Shown one piece after another: positions 9,908 through 19,962 of a stretch of 64,000 nucleotides of DNA; position 1 is the first letter of the stretch, and every line of letters starts with the position of its first letter. Location: positions 1 to 64,000 of the forward strand of contig CDROCS010005168.1 in assembly GCA_977020255.1 (NCBI GenBank), given 5' to 3'. The notes under the pieces are model-generated. The model was not told where the DNA came from. It saw nothing but the letters and a program-made list of their open reading frames with translations, and made no database searches. This stretch comes from Obrimoposthia wandeli. Its lineage: Eukaryota. The position numbers and the translations under genes are program-made.

Positions 9908-10558
9908 TTGAGCCAACAAATAGCCGTTTTAGCTGAGAAGGTCGTTGCAATCATCCATGAGAGTGGTCGCAGTGGTGGTGATATTTTAGAGGAAATAGCC
10001 TCAACCGAGGGCGATGCAACCATGATCGCGGTTATTTCTGAGTTAGACATCATGAGTGTCGCAAAAATTTTGCGTTCGTTCGATGCCACTATCCCGTCGA
10101 TAGCGGCATGGTTGATGGATCCAGAAACCATCGGCAATATGTTGGATGTCGAGCCTTCATATTGGGAGAATGAACTGCAAAAAGGCGCTTTTAACGCGCA
10201 AGATTCAGTAAAATCCATGCTATCTCAAATATTTCTTACGCAAGCGGATGATGAAGAAAGAGAGTTAGCAATACTGGAGGCCATTGTAGAATCAGAAACG
10301 GGCATTTTGTATCTCTCGCTACCTTTTATTGGGTTAGACTTTGCTACTATCGATCAAACAGAAGAAGCTGTTTCTGGCAGCGATGAAGAATTGCTGCTCA
10401 AGATAAAATTACTTAGTTCGCCAATTTATGAGCAGATTCTTGCCACGGCTGAACGTGGTGATTTTGAGAAGATTGAAGCCATTTTGAAAGCACAAGCGAA
10501 TAGCATCAGGGTGGGCGAAATCAGTAGCGATACTGACGATATGTTCGAGCCATTATAA
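9908..10558 (+). CDS. atcB: acidic hypothetical protein, AtcB by synteny
   Basis: Third gene of the operon, 216 aa; RBS AGGA; assigned from gene order. Confidence 0.6.
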   Translation: MSQQIAVLAEKVVAIIHESGRSGGDILEEIASTEGDATMIAVISELDIMSVAKILRSFDATIPSIAAWLMDPETIGNMLDVEPSYWENELQKGAFNAQDSVKSMLSQIFLTQADDEERELAILEAIVESETGILYLSLPFIGLDFATIDQTEEAVSGSDEELLLKIKLLSSPIYEQILATAERGDFEKIEAILKAQANSIRVGEISSDTDDMFEPL

Positions 10559-10572
10559 AAAGGGAGATCCAG

Positions 10573-11598
10573 ATGAATCTTGATAAAGTCAGGGCGAGAC
10601 CCTTTTTAGTGCTGATGATCAGTGATGCTGTTGAAAGCGGATCCTTGAGCGTAGACCAACTGGCTAAAATAGAAAGCCAGTTGGTCGACATGTCGTTAAA
10701 AATTGCCAAGAATTTCTTTTCTCCGGTGATAAGCCATGACCTTAAAAAGTCATGCGCTATTGTCATGGGCGTCACCACACTTGGGCTGTTGAAATTATGT
10801 GAAGGCGATACGCTTAAAGCAAGAAAATTGCTGCAAGAAGATTCACTCATCACCTGTTTTCGCAAGGGATGGGAGAGCGTAAACAGCCTATTCAAAGCAC
10901 ATGGTGCACAAGTAGATCGCGGAGCATTATTGGCGCATTACCAATACAGCGACAGCGAATACAAAGACATAGCATCGATTCATGAATTGTTGATGTTTGA
11001 ACAGCTCGACGCGAATCTGCTAAAACAGATAGCGGCTCAATTTAAAAATCCTATATCAAATATGGATATGGATCCCGATTTTATTGATGAAACATCAATA
11101 AAATCGGATGTTCAGCTATCGATATTTGAAGCGCTGCTAAAGCGTCATGACATTGGTCATCGAGATTACGATAACTTCAAAGACCTGCTGTTTAACTACC
11201 TTGATGAACCCGATGTTTTTTTCAATGAATTCAGTGAGGCTGCAGAGTCGATCTTAAAGAAACTTGATACCCAATTAAGCACTCGAATAGAGGGCTGGCT
11301 TGAAAGTATTGAGGATGATTTCGTAGAGAATTTTGAACTACTAGCTATAGAGAATAGCGGGCCCGAAATTTACATCAGTATTTTTCACAGCATTACGCGT
11401 GGCAATATAAACGCCAAAAAATTCATGCATGCCTATGAAAGCCTGCTAAAAACAGAGAAGCAACTGCACCCAAATCTAAAAGAGCAAATAGACGTAGAAT
11501 ACTCTTACCAAGACTTGGTAGAAGAGGAAGACGACTATTTAACAGAAGAAGAAGTGCTTGGTGAGCTCAGTGAGAACATCACTGATGATGATTACTAA
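10573..11598 (+). CDS. atcC: hypothetical protein, AtcC by synteny
   Basis: Fourth gene, 341 aa, acidic tail; RBS GGGAG; assigned from gene order and size. Confidence 0.6.
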   Translation: MNLDKVRARPFLVLMISDAVESGSLSVDQLAKIESQLVDMSLKIAKNFFSPVISHDLKKSCAIVMGVTTLGLLKLCEGDTLKARKLLQEDSLITCFRKGWESVNSLFKAHGAQVDRGALLAHYQYSDSEYKDIASIHELLMFEQLDANLLKQIAAQFKNPISNMDMDPDFIDETSIKSDVQLSIFEALLKRHDIGHRDYDNFKDLLFNYLDEPDVFFNEFSEAAESILKKLDTQLSTRIEGWLESIEDDFVENFELLAIENSGPEIYISIFHSITRGNINAKKFMHAYESLLKTEKQLHPNLKEQIDVEYSYQDLVEEEDDYLTEEEVLGELSENITDDDY

Positions 11599-11690
11599 GC
11601 GCCATACTAAGTTCTTTTTAATAAGTGCTAAAAAACAGGACTCTAGGGTCTGATCTATCTGCTTGCTAATTTGGTTTTTATAGCTTTATG

Positions 11691-11722
11691 ATCAGTGTTT
11701 CGCCTGTAGGCAAAACACTGAT
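11691..11722. terminator. hairpin between convergent atcC and tetR genes
   Basis: ATCAGTGTTT-cGCCTgtAGGCa-AAACACTGAT. Confidence 0.55.
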
Positions 11723-11728
11723 TAAACG

Positions 11729-12304
11729 CTAAGGCCCTCCTAGCATCATCCTCACCTGACTTTTACAAGAGGTTAAAATACTTTCAACCAAAAACCTATC
11801 ATCAATATTCCTGGCTATCGCCACCGCTCCTATAATCATAGACGTTAAAGCAAAAACACTCTCCTTATCAAAAACATCCTCCTCATCAGCATAACCCATA
11901 ATGACCCTATTCATATTCCTATAGGTATCGGTATAAGTCCCTTTTGTAGCTTCGTCGCGTAATGCAATGTCTGTTGCCATAAAAGCCAATGGACATGGCC
12001 TATCGCCACTGACATGCTCAAAACTAAGATACGCATCTAAAAGCTGAGACAGCCACTGCTGTGATGAAACTCCTGCAGGCTTCGCCTTTGCTAGCTCACT
12101 ATTCACCGCTGAGTACTTTAATGCTTGTTGGTATAACTCGGCCTTGCTTTTAAAGTGCGCATAAAAGGCACCTCGAGTGAGCGAGCAATCGCTCATAACA
12201 TCATTCACTGTCACCGCGTCAAACCCTTTCATCGAGAAAAGAGCGCGAGCACTACGCAGAATGCTGTCTCTGGTTTTTTCTTTATGTTCTATAGAGTAGG
12301 GCAT
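11729..12304 (-). CDS. TetR/AcrR family regulator
   Basis: ARALFSMKGFDAVTVNDVMSDCSLTRGAFYAHFKSK; probable start MPYSIEH at 12304. Confidence 0.92.
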   Translation of the reverse strand: MPYSIEHKEKTRDSILRSARALFSMKGFDAVTVNDVMSDCSLTRGAFYAHFKSKAELYQQALKYSAVNSELAKAKPAGVSSQQWLSQLLDAYLSFEHVSGDRPCPLAFMATDIALRDEATKGTYTDTYRNMNRVIMGYADEEDVFDKESVFALTSMIIGAVAIARNIDDRFLVESILTSCKSQVRMMLGGP

Positions 12305-12324
12305 CGTGAAATCCAATAGTTTAA

Positions 12325-12342
12325 ATATGACCTTGATCATAT
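12325..12342. promoter_or_regulatory. candidate TetR operator
   Basis: Palindrome ATATGA-ccttga-TCATAT in the divergent tetR/MAPEG intergenic region. Confidence 0.55.
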
Positions 12343-12389
12343 ATAGATAATAGTTAAGATCAAGCCCTAACAATCAACTAGAAGGCTCA

Positions 12390-12794
12390 ATGATGATTTA
12401 TCCAATGTTTATTCTTTGTTTACTGACTATCTTGGTCGGTTTTTTTACCGTTAGGGCGAGGTTTGCCAGTGTTAAGAAAGGCGAATTAGCTCCCGAATAT
12501 TTTAAATTAATGCAGGGTGTAAATGTGCCGGAAGACGTTATTAAAACGACCCGCTGTTTAAACAATCTTTTTGAGATGCCAGTTCTTTTTTATGTTGCTT
12601 GCACTTTGTATCTTGTTTTAGAGGTTGAAAGTGTTTTTGGATGGGTTGTTGCTTGGTTATTCGTGATTTTCAGATGTGCCCAAGCTTATATCCATATAAC
12701 CTATAATCACACCAGGCATCGAATGTTAGCGTTTGGTTGCTCTGTACTTTGCGCATTATTACTCTGGGTTAATCTCGTGGTAGTTGAAATGTAA
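12390..12794 (+). CDS. MAPEG family membrane protein
   Basis: NLFEMPVLFY, FRCAQAYIHITYN..RHR; hydrophobic TM segments. Confidence 0.85.
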   Translation: MMIYPMFILCLLTILVGFFTVRARFASVKKGELAPEYFKLMQGVNVPEDVIKTTRCLNNLFEMPVLFYVACTLYLVLEVESVFGWVVAWLFVIFRCAQAYIHITYNHTRHRMLAFGCSVLCALLLWVNLVVVEM

Positions 12795-13422
12795 TAAAGT
12801 ATTAGGGCTTAAAAAGAGTGAGATAAATGAGAATCAAGGCATAGGGTTTTCTTCTGCTTTAAAGTTCAAAGGAAAGGCTTAACTCTAGAAGTGCTTTGAA
12901 AAATTAAAAGGCTTTAACTGGTTTCTTTTTTGAAGTTATGGGCCATCGTGATGATAACTTCAAAAATATCCTGTTTAATACCTTGATGACCCCGAAGCCT
13001 TTCAACAATCCAAAAAGTGACTGTTGAGATGGGCACCTCCCGCTCGGCCTCATAATGTGTCATATTAGAAGTGTTAACAACTCAATCAGCAAGGGGTAAT
13101 CACATATGAAGGCTAAGGTAATAAGTATAGCTGACGATTATTCATAGCCTGAACTTAGTTATTAATATCAATATATTAGCTTTATCATTAAATCAGTATA
13201 ATTTCTTTATCTCATAGTGCCTTTCCACATTCACTGATGTACTTCCCGATAATTAATTTTTCAATTTGTTTCGGTGAGCTGAATAAAGTTGTATATCGAT
13301 AAACTCTTCATAAACTTCAAATATTATTAGTATTGTCATCTTCTTGGAATACATTGAGAATTAAGCAGCCGTCTTCTTGTTTTGTTAGTTGTATACAAAA
13401 AGCCATTTTTTTCGAATAATAG

Positions 13423-15210
13423 CTAAAAGGCTAAACTTAGTATCAACAAAAAAAATAAACTGGCGCTAATGTATTGCCAAAACCGAAGGGGATTAGACTC
13501 GATGAGAGGGCGGTGCTTGCTAGAGTGGTTGAATAGGCTATGGTGATCACTTGTTTGATCATTAAAACCTATTTCAAATTCAGAGTAACTTTCTATTCTA
13601 TTGTTCGGATTGGCTTGTAAGGCGTGTTGTAAAACGCTATCAATATTGCTTGGTAAGTCACTGCGAAATATCGCGATAGGGCGATAATGCCAATGAGAAT
13701 AAAACTTGGGAATGTCATTTTGCGAATAGATATCTTTGAACGGCATATTTTGACATAGCATCTGATAAATAATGACGGCGAGTGAGAATATGTCACTTTT
13801 AAAGCTTGCTACTTCTCCTTGAAGTACTTCGGGTGCACTGTAGGATAAGGTACCTAATACAGTGTTGGTACTTTTATGATAAAAACTGCCAATATCACAA
13901 CTACCATAATCAATCAGTTTGATGGCATTATTTCTATCTAGCATAAAATTATCGGGCTTTAAATCACTATGTATTACATCCATACGTTGTAATACACGCA
14001 GAGCCGCAACCATTTTTTTAATATAATCAATCACTAGAGCCGGCTCTGGGTTTGGGTTGTCTTTCATCCATGAATCCAATGTAGATCCTTCTATAAATTC
14101 ACAAACATGATAGAGAAACTGACTACGTATCGTTTGCGGATAAATGCGCATTAAACTATGGTGATTGAACTTCTCTCCTATCCAGCCTTCTTTGATAAAA
14201 TTATTGAGATAATCATCATCATCAAAGAAGTTGAGTGATGGGGCTTTAATAATAACCTGGCGCTCCTTTTTCCGATCATAAGCTAAGTAAATATGTGATC
14301 TAGCGGTTTGCTGTTTAATCTCCAAAATTTGATACTGGTCCAGGACTGCACCAGCATGGAGAGCGGGGGGGATAGCTTGTTGTCTTCTTTGTGCGATTAA
14401 CTGATTAAAACCTATTGCAGAGGCATGCTTTATTTTAATCAGTAAGCAGGTTAAGTTATCTTTAGAGCCATTTTCTTGGGCTATACGTGTTATTTCAGCA
14501 CTGGCTTGTTCTAAATCATCAATCTCGCCGATAATGTCTTGGATTTGTTTTTTCTTAACGAAATTGTAAACGCCATCGCAGCTCAAAATGAAAATATCGT
14601 GAGTTTCTATATCACAAATAGACAGGTCAACTTTCACATTATTGGCAGCCCCCATGGCTCGATTAAGGATGCCTGACGGGGTTGAATGTTCTTTGGTTAG
14701 GACTTGATAACCTTCATTATTAATTTTAGCAATTTGGCAATCGCCGACATGAAAGATATGCGCTTGCGTATTTTTAAAAACAATAGCGGAGAATGTGCTG
14801 AACCATTGCTGCTCAGTTTGATCAACTGTCTTGGTTAGCATTCGCGAGTATAACCAGCTATTTAAAGCACTAAGCACTTTCTCTGCCGATTTGTTGACGG
14901 ACCAGCTTTGTGGCGTGGCTAAATACTCTTCAATAAAATGGCACACACTCATTTGGCTGGCTTGAGCAGCGAAATTAGCACTGGAAACGCCATCGGCAAT
15001 CGCCGCAACGTGGCCTTTTAAATCTAAGTCTAAGCCTTTGTTTATTTTTAAAGCAAAGGCATCTTGATTAAATTCTTTGGCGCCTGCGGTAGAAAAACCA
15101 CCGGCACTGATTGCTAATTGTTGTTTAGCAATGCTGGAGGAGTGGGGTTGTTTTTCTACAGCAGTATTTTGCAGCACAGTGTGGCCAGTATTGTCTGAAG
15201 TGTTATACAT
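13423..15210 (-). CDS. bifunctional PP2C phosphatase / Ser/Thr protein kinase with C-terminal TM helix
   Basis: PP2C motifs NQD, IADGVSS, HVGD, LSCDGV, DNLT; kinase motifs VIIKAP, HSDLKPDN, IDYGS, GTLSYSAPE, SDIFSL. Confidence 0.9.
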   Translation of the reverse strand: MYNTSDNTGHTVLQNTAVEKQPHSSSIAKQQLAISAGGFSTAGAKEFNQDAFALKINKGLDLDLKGHVAAIADGVSSANFAAQASQMSVCHFIEEYLATPQSWSVNKSAEKVLSALNSWLYSRMLTKTVDQTEQQWFSTFSAIVFKNTQAHIFHVGDCQIAKINNEGYQVLTKEHSTPSGILNRAMGAANNVKVDLSICDIETHDIFILSCDGVYNFVKKKQIQDIIGEIDDLEQASAEITRIAQENGSKDNLTCLLIKIKHASAIGFNQLIAQRRQQAIPPALHAGAVLDQYQILEIKQQTARSHIYLAYDRKKERQVIIKAPSLNFFDDDDYLNNFIKEGWIGEKFNHHSLMRIYPQTIRSQFLYHVCEFIEGSTLDSWMKDNPNPEPALVIDYIKKMVAALRVLQRMDVIHSDLKPDNFMLDRNNAIKLIDYGSCDIGSFYHKSTNTVLGTLSYSAPEVLQGEVASFKSDIFSLAVIIYQMLCQNMPFKDIYSQNDIPKFYSHWHYRPIAIFRSDLPSNIDSVLQHALQANPNNRIESYSEFEIGFNDQTSDHHSLFNHSSKHRPLIESNPLRFWQYISASLFFLLILSLAF

Positions 15211-15216
15211 TTGATA

Positions 15217-16683
15217 TCAATTTACTTTAATCAATTCGACAGTGCCATCGGGCAGAATTTCAGTGATAGAGCCTTGCGGTTCTTCCATTAAAAATAACAT
15301 CAATAACCCAAAAAAAGCACTGACTGCAATGACGAGAAAGAAGATGTTATAGCTGACAAAAGATAACACAGTTAAGTAAAAAACGGCACCTACGTTGCCA
15401 TAAGCTCCAGTCATACCGGCAATTTGACCTGTTAACCTTCGTTTAATCAATGGTACAGCTGCAAAGACAGCCCCTTCACCTGCTTGTACGAAGAAAGAAC
15501 AAGTCATCGCAGCGATAACAGCTAGAAAGAGCGGCCATTCACTGTGAATTGTGGCCATCACCGCATAGCCTAGCGATAGGCCAGTGGTTAAAATCATTAA
15601 CGTCTTTTTACGACCGTACTTATCACTAATCCAACCACCTAAAGGACGTGATAATAGGTTCATGAATGCATAACTAGAGGCTAATAGCCCAGCGGTCACC
15701 ATACTTAGATTAAAGGTTTCAGCAAAGAATAATGGCAGCATAGATACAACCGCTAGTTCAGAACCGAAAGTGGCAAAGTAAAGGACGTTTAACACCGCAA
15801 CTTGTTTAAAAGAGTAGCGGTGCATAGGCTCTATTTCTTGCACAAAAAGATTTTTGTTTACTTGATATGTCGCACGTACTTCAATGAAAAACAGCACAAC
15901 TAAGCTGCTATAAGAAATCACGCTAAAAGTTTCAGAAATCAAACTCACACCGCTAGGTGATAACTTCCATACCAGCAATGCCAAAGCGGCAAATAGCGGA
16001 ATTTTCATTAGCAGTAATAAATAGAAATCCGCAACGCTCGTCACCTCCATCGCTTTAGAGCTTTTAGGTCTAAAGTAAGTGGCACCTTGTGGTGTATCTC
16101 TTACGCCGCAGTAGAATACAAAAGCGTAGCAAAAGCAGATAACACTGGTTGCACCTACAGCCCAACGCCAACCATCTTCACCGCCAAAATACAATGCTAA
16201 AAATGGTAGGGTACCTGCCGCAGCGGCTGAACCAAAATTACCCCAACCGCCATAGATACCTTCGGCAGTCCCCAATTGGTTTGCGGGAAACCACTCGCTG
16301 ACAAGCCTGATACCAATCACAAATCCAGCGCCGATGAAACCTAATAGAAAACGCGCAATAGCGAGCTGTTCAAAAGTCTCAGCCATCGCAAACATTGCGG
16401 TCGGTATCGCGCAGATTAATAGCAATAAACTGTATGTTTTGCGCGGGCCGTAAAGGTCAGTGAGCATACCTATAATAATACGTGCCGGAATGGTTAAAGC
16501 GACGTTTAAAATAAGCAGTGTTTTGATTTGCTCACTGCTTAAACCCATTGATTCAGCAATCATGCCTAACAGAGGTGCATGGTTAAACCAAACGAAGAAG
16601 GTGATGAAAAAAGCGACCCAACTAAAATGTAGAATTTTCATATTAGGCGCTTTAGAAAACAGCGAAAACTTGCTAGAATTCAA
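15217..16683 (-). CDS. narK: NarK/NasA-type MFS nitrate/nitrite transporter
   Basis: FFVWFNHAPL, GTAEGIYGGWGNFG, QAGEGAVFA, GAYGNVGA nitrate signature motifs. Likely TTG start at 16683 after AAGGAG; the ORF is open to 16719. Confidence 0.92.
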   Translation of the reverse strand: MNSSKFSLFSKAPNMKILHFSWVAFFITFFVWFNHAPLLGMIAESMGLSSEQIKTLLILNVALTIPARIIIGMLTDLYGPRKTYSLLLLICAIPTAMFAMAETFEQLAIARFLLGFIGAGFVIGIRLVSEWFPANQLGTAEGIYGGWGNFGSAAAAGTLPFLALYFGGEDGWRWAVGATSVICFCYAFVFYCGVRDTPQGATYFRPKSSKAMEVTSVADFYLLLLMKIPLFAALALLVWKLSPSGVSLISETFSVISYSSLVVLFFIEVRATYQVNKNLFVQEIEPMHRYSFKQVAVLNVLYFATFGSELAVVSMLPLFFAETFNLSMVTAGLLASSYAFMNLLSRPLGGWISDKYGRKKTLMILTTGLSLGYAVMATIHSEWPLFLAVIAAMTCSFFVQAGEGAVFAAVPLIKRRLTGQIAGMTGAYGNVGAVFYLTVLSFVSYNIFFLVIAVSAFFGLLMLFLMEEPQGSITEILPDGTVELIKVN

Positions 16684-16684
16684 T

Positions 16685-17029
16685 TTAAATAATCTCCTTA
16701 AGCTGCACTTTTCCATCACTAATTCTTGAGTGAAATATATTTATGCTAATATCATCATCTTGATCGGTCGTTCCGGTTTCTAAGCAAAATTGTTGCTTTA
16801 GTAACGGAGATGCTACGAAGTATTTATCTTCTTTCTCTGTAATTAAACCACGCGATAGTACGTTAGCATTAGAATAGGGGTCGTAATTAGAAATCGCTTT
16901 GACGCTACTGTCGTTTAAGTCTTTTGAATACAAGTGAAATACAGCGACTTGTTGCTCTTGAAATTTAGCGCAAACGCCGGAGTTAGGCGCTATGTCTGTC
17001 AGCTTACAAATATCTATCCAGTTACTCAT
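16685..17029 (-). CDS. nirD: nitrite reductase (NADH) small subunit
   Basis: WIDICKL, AISNYDPYSNANVLSRGL, VASPLLKQQFCLETG. Confidence 0.92.
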   Translation of the reverse strand: MSNWIDICKLTDIAPNSGVCAKFQEQQVAVFHLYSKDLNDSSVKAISNYDPYSNANVLSRGLITEKEDKYFVASPLLKQQFCLETGTTDQDDDISINIFHSRISDGKVQLKEII

Positions 17030-17039
17030 TTATCTGCTC

Positions 17040-19562
17040 CTATGCTTTAATTGCTAGCGCGTATTTACTGCTAGTAGGGATGATTTGATCTCTTAAAGTA
17101 CCAAATATGATAGAATCATCTGCATCAGCACTATTCACGAAATGGTTAAAGCGCTTAAGTTTTTCGGGGGTTTCCAGCGTGGTTTTCCATTCACATTGGT
17201 AGCTATCAATGAGATGCTGCATTTGTAGTAGAAGCTCTGAATTGATGCCGAGTTTATCTTGTACTACCACCGCTTTAAGGTAATCTAAACCGCCTTCAAG
17301 GCTTTCCATCCAAACTGAAGTGCGCTGTAGGCGATCGGCAGTACGCACGTAAAACATATAGATAATATCGATATAACGAATGAGTGTGTCGTCGTCGATA
17401 TCGCTAGCAAATAAATCAGCGTGACGAGGGCGCATACCACCATTACCGCCAACATATAAATTCCAACCATTATCGGTTGCAATAATACCGAAATCTTTAC
17501 TTTGCGCTTCAGCACATTCACGCGCGCAACCCGATACAGCCATTTTAACTTTGTGAGGAGAGCGCACACCGCGGTAGCGTTTTTCTATATCAATCGCCAT
17601 GGTTGTACTGTCTTGTACGCCAAAACGACACCATGTATTACCCACACAAGATTTAACAGTACGCAACGATTTACCGTATGCATGACCTGTTTCTAACCCT
17701 GCATCCACAAAACGCTGCCAGATATGTGGTAGCTGGTTGATTTGCGCACCAAATAAATCAATCCGCTGACCGCCAGTTATTTTGGTGTATAAATTGTATT
17801 CTTTGGCAACTTGACCAATTAAAATCAAGTGATCGGGGGTGATTTCACCACCTGGAATACGCGGGACTATTGAGTAAGTACCGTTCTTCTGCATATTTCC
17901 TAAGAAATTATCGTTTGTGTCTTGCAGACTGACTAACTCGGTGTTTAACACGTGTTCATTCCACAGAGACGCCAGCATAGAGCCCACCGCAGGCTTGCAT
18001 ATTTCGCAACCATCGCCTGTGCCGCATTCATCCAACAACGCATTGAAAGTACGAATTTCTTTCACACGGATAATATCGAACAGTTCAGTACGTGAATGCG
18101 CAAAGTGACGGCATAAGCTGCTATCAATACTGACACCTAATTTGCTAAGCGCTGCATTCATCACTTGAGTCACTAAAGGAACACAACCACCACAACCGGT
18201 ACCCGCTTGAGTGCATGCTTTAATAGCTGCAATGTCAGTAGCACCATCAACAACAGCATCACTTAGTTGCTGCTTGCTGACATCAAGGCAAGAGCAAATT
18301 TGTGCAGTCGGCGGCAGGGCATCAATACCCGCACTGGCACTGCTAGATTCACCTTCCATTTCAGGTAGTAATAAATATTCAGGTGGATGAGTTAGCTCTA
18401 TTTTATTTAAGGCCAATTGCAGCCATTGCCCGTATTCGCTGCTATCGCCAACTAATACAGCGCCTATCAGTATTTTACCGGTCTCATCCATAACAATTTT
18501 TTTATATACGCCCGTCGCAGAGTCTATAAGCCTATAACTCTGCGAGTTCGCTGTATTACCTTGTGCATCGCCGATACTGGCAACCTCAACGCCTAACAGT
18601 TTTAACTTGGTGCTCATATCGGCACCGGTAAATGTGTTATCTGCACCGGTTAAATGACTAACCGCCGCTTTTGCCATAGCATATCCAGGTGCTACTAAAC
18701 CAAAGATCTTGTCATTCCAAAGGGCGCATTCGCCGATAGCGTATATATCAGGATCGTTAGTTAAGCATTGGTCATTGATAACAATACCGCCGCGCTCGCC
18801 TAATTGAATATCACAGGCAGCAGCTAATTGGTCGCGTGGACGAATACCTGCAGAAAATACAATCGTGTCTGTTTCTAAATAACTACCGTCTGCAAAGTTC
18901 ATTCTGTAACGGCATTCTTCTCCGTCGATAATTTCTTTGGTATTTTTTGCGGTGTGTACAACAACACCTAAATGGCTAATTTTTTCTTGAAGTAATTGCC
19001 CGCCACCTTGGTCTAATTGTACGGCCATTAAACGGGGAGCAAATTCTACGACATGTGTTTTTAATCCTAACGTTTTAACAGCGTTAGCAGCTTCTAAGCC
19101 TAAAAGGCCACCGCCAATAACGACAGCTACTTTTGATTGTTTAGACGAGGCTTGAATAGCATCTAGATCTGCTATTGTTCGATAAACATGAATATGGTCT
19201 TGGTCTTTGCCAGGAACAGGGGGCACAAATGGATAAGAGCCTGTGGCTAAAATTAGTTTGTCATATGCTATCGTTTCACCCGATGAGCTAGTGACTGTTT
19301 TAGCCCCTTTGTCTATTGAAGTGACTGCTTTATTAATATGATACTCAACCTCTTGATCGTCATATTTTTTAGGTGTGGTCAATGCAAGTTCATCTATGCC
19401 ATGTTCAAAATAACTGGTTAGCATGACGCGGTCGTAAGCTAATCTGCTTTCTTCGCAAAAAGTGATTATGTGGAAATCATCGCCGTGATTTGTGACTAAC
19501 TGATCTATAAAATGATGCCCTACCATGCCGTTGCCAACAACGATTATTCTCTGTTTACTCAT
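17040..19562 (-). CDS. nirB: nitrite reductase (NADH) large subunit
   Basis: GNGMVG FAD motif, GGGLLGLEAA, CSC/GTGCGGC BFD domains, TVKSCVGNTWCRFG, SGCARECAE sirohaem motifs. Confidence 0.97.
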   Translation of the reverse strand: MSKQRIIVVGNGMVGHHFIDQLVTNHGDDFHIITFCEESRLAYDRVMLTSYFEHGIDELALTTPKKYDDQEVEYHINKAVTSIDKGAKTVTSSSGETIAYDKLILATGSYPFVPPVPGKDQDHIHVYRTIADLDAIQASSKQSKVAVVIGGGLLGLEAANAVKTLGLKTHVVEFAPRLMAVQLDQGGGQLLQEKISHLGVVVHTAKNTKEIIDGEECRYRMNFADGSYLETDTIVFSAGIRPRDQLAAACDIQLGERGGIVINDQCLTNDPDIYAIGECALWNDKIFGLVAPGYAMAKAAVSHLTGADNTFTGADMSTKLKLLGVEVASIGDAQGNTANSQSYRLIDSATGVYKKIVMDETGKILIGAVLVGDSSEYGQWLQLALNKIELTHPPEYLLLPEMEGESSSASAGIDALPPTAQICSCLDVSKQQLSDAVVDGATDIAAIKACTQAGTGCGGCVPLVTQVMNAALSKLGVSIDSSLCRHFAHSRTELFDIIRVKEIRTFNALLDECGTGDGCEICKPAVGSMLASLWNEHVLNTELVSLQDTNDNFLGNMQKNGTYSIVPRIPGGEITPDHLILIGQVAKEYNLYTKITGGQRIDLFGAQINQLPHIWQRFVDAGLETGHAYGKSLRTVKSCVGNTWCRFGVQDSTTMAIDIEKRYRGVRSPHKVKMAVSGCARECAEAQSKDFGIIATDNGWNLYVGGNGGMRPRHADLFASDIDDDTLIRYIDIIYMFYVRTADRLQRTSVWMESLEGGLDYLKAVVVQDKLGINSELLLQMQHLIDSYQCEWKTTLETPEKLKRFNHFVNSADADDSIIFGTLRDQIIPTSSKYALAIKA

Positions 19563-19617
19563 ATACTTGCCTTCACTGTGTTGTCGTTATCTTCGGTTAA
19601 ACTTATCAAAGTGATAA

Positions 19618-19634
19618 AGCAAGAAAGAGGCCAA
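19618..19634 (-). promoter_or_regulatory. sigma54 promoter for nirBD-narK-kinase
   Basis: Minus strand TTGGCCTCTTTCTTGCT (GG-N10-GC). Confidence 0.75.
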
Positions 19635-19696
19635 AAAAATAAGGCTATGTATTTTTTATCTAAGCTATTGAATATAAACATTTATGTTTTTATGGT

Positions 19697-19818
19697 TGGT
19701 GCGTAGCTCACATATTCCGAATGATTTTTAAGTACTGCTGCACCAATATGTATTGTCTTCTTAGCGGTAATTAGCTGGTTTGCGCTATTTATGAGCGTTA
19801 GCTATATAAAGCAGCGCA
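19697..19818. promoter_or_regulatory. possible NtrC-type half-sites between the divergent sigma54 promoters
   Basis: TGGTGCG (19697-19703), TGCACCA (19739-19745), TGCGCT and AGCGCA; no perfect full TGCACC-N5-GGTGCA site. Confidence 0.4.
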
Positions 19819-19888
19819 ATCTTAAATTTTTTAAAATTGTTTTTTATTTAAGCTTTTGATTTAAAAATGATTTATTGTTTTTTTATGA

Positions 19889-19905
19889 TTGGCTTAGTAA
19901 TTGCT
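19889..19905 (+). promoter_or_regulatory. sigma54 promoter for nasA
   Basis: TTGGCTTAGTAATTGCT (GG-N10-GC). Confidence 0.75.
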
Positions 19906-19962
19906 TCTTCTATTGATAATGTAATGACATAGATTGTTTTTTCTAATCAGTAGGAGTTTTTT

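Noticed and set aside
12830-13420. Short broken ORFs (MAFCIQLTKQEDG...; VPISTVTFW...) in the AT-rich gap
   Set aside because: No recognisable family and no consistent frame
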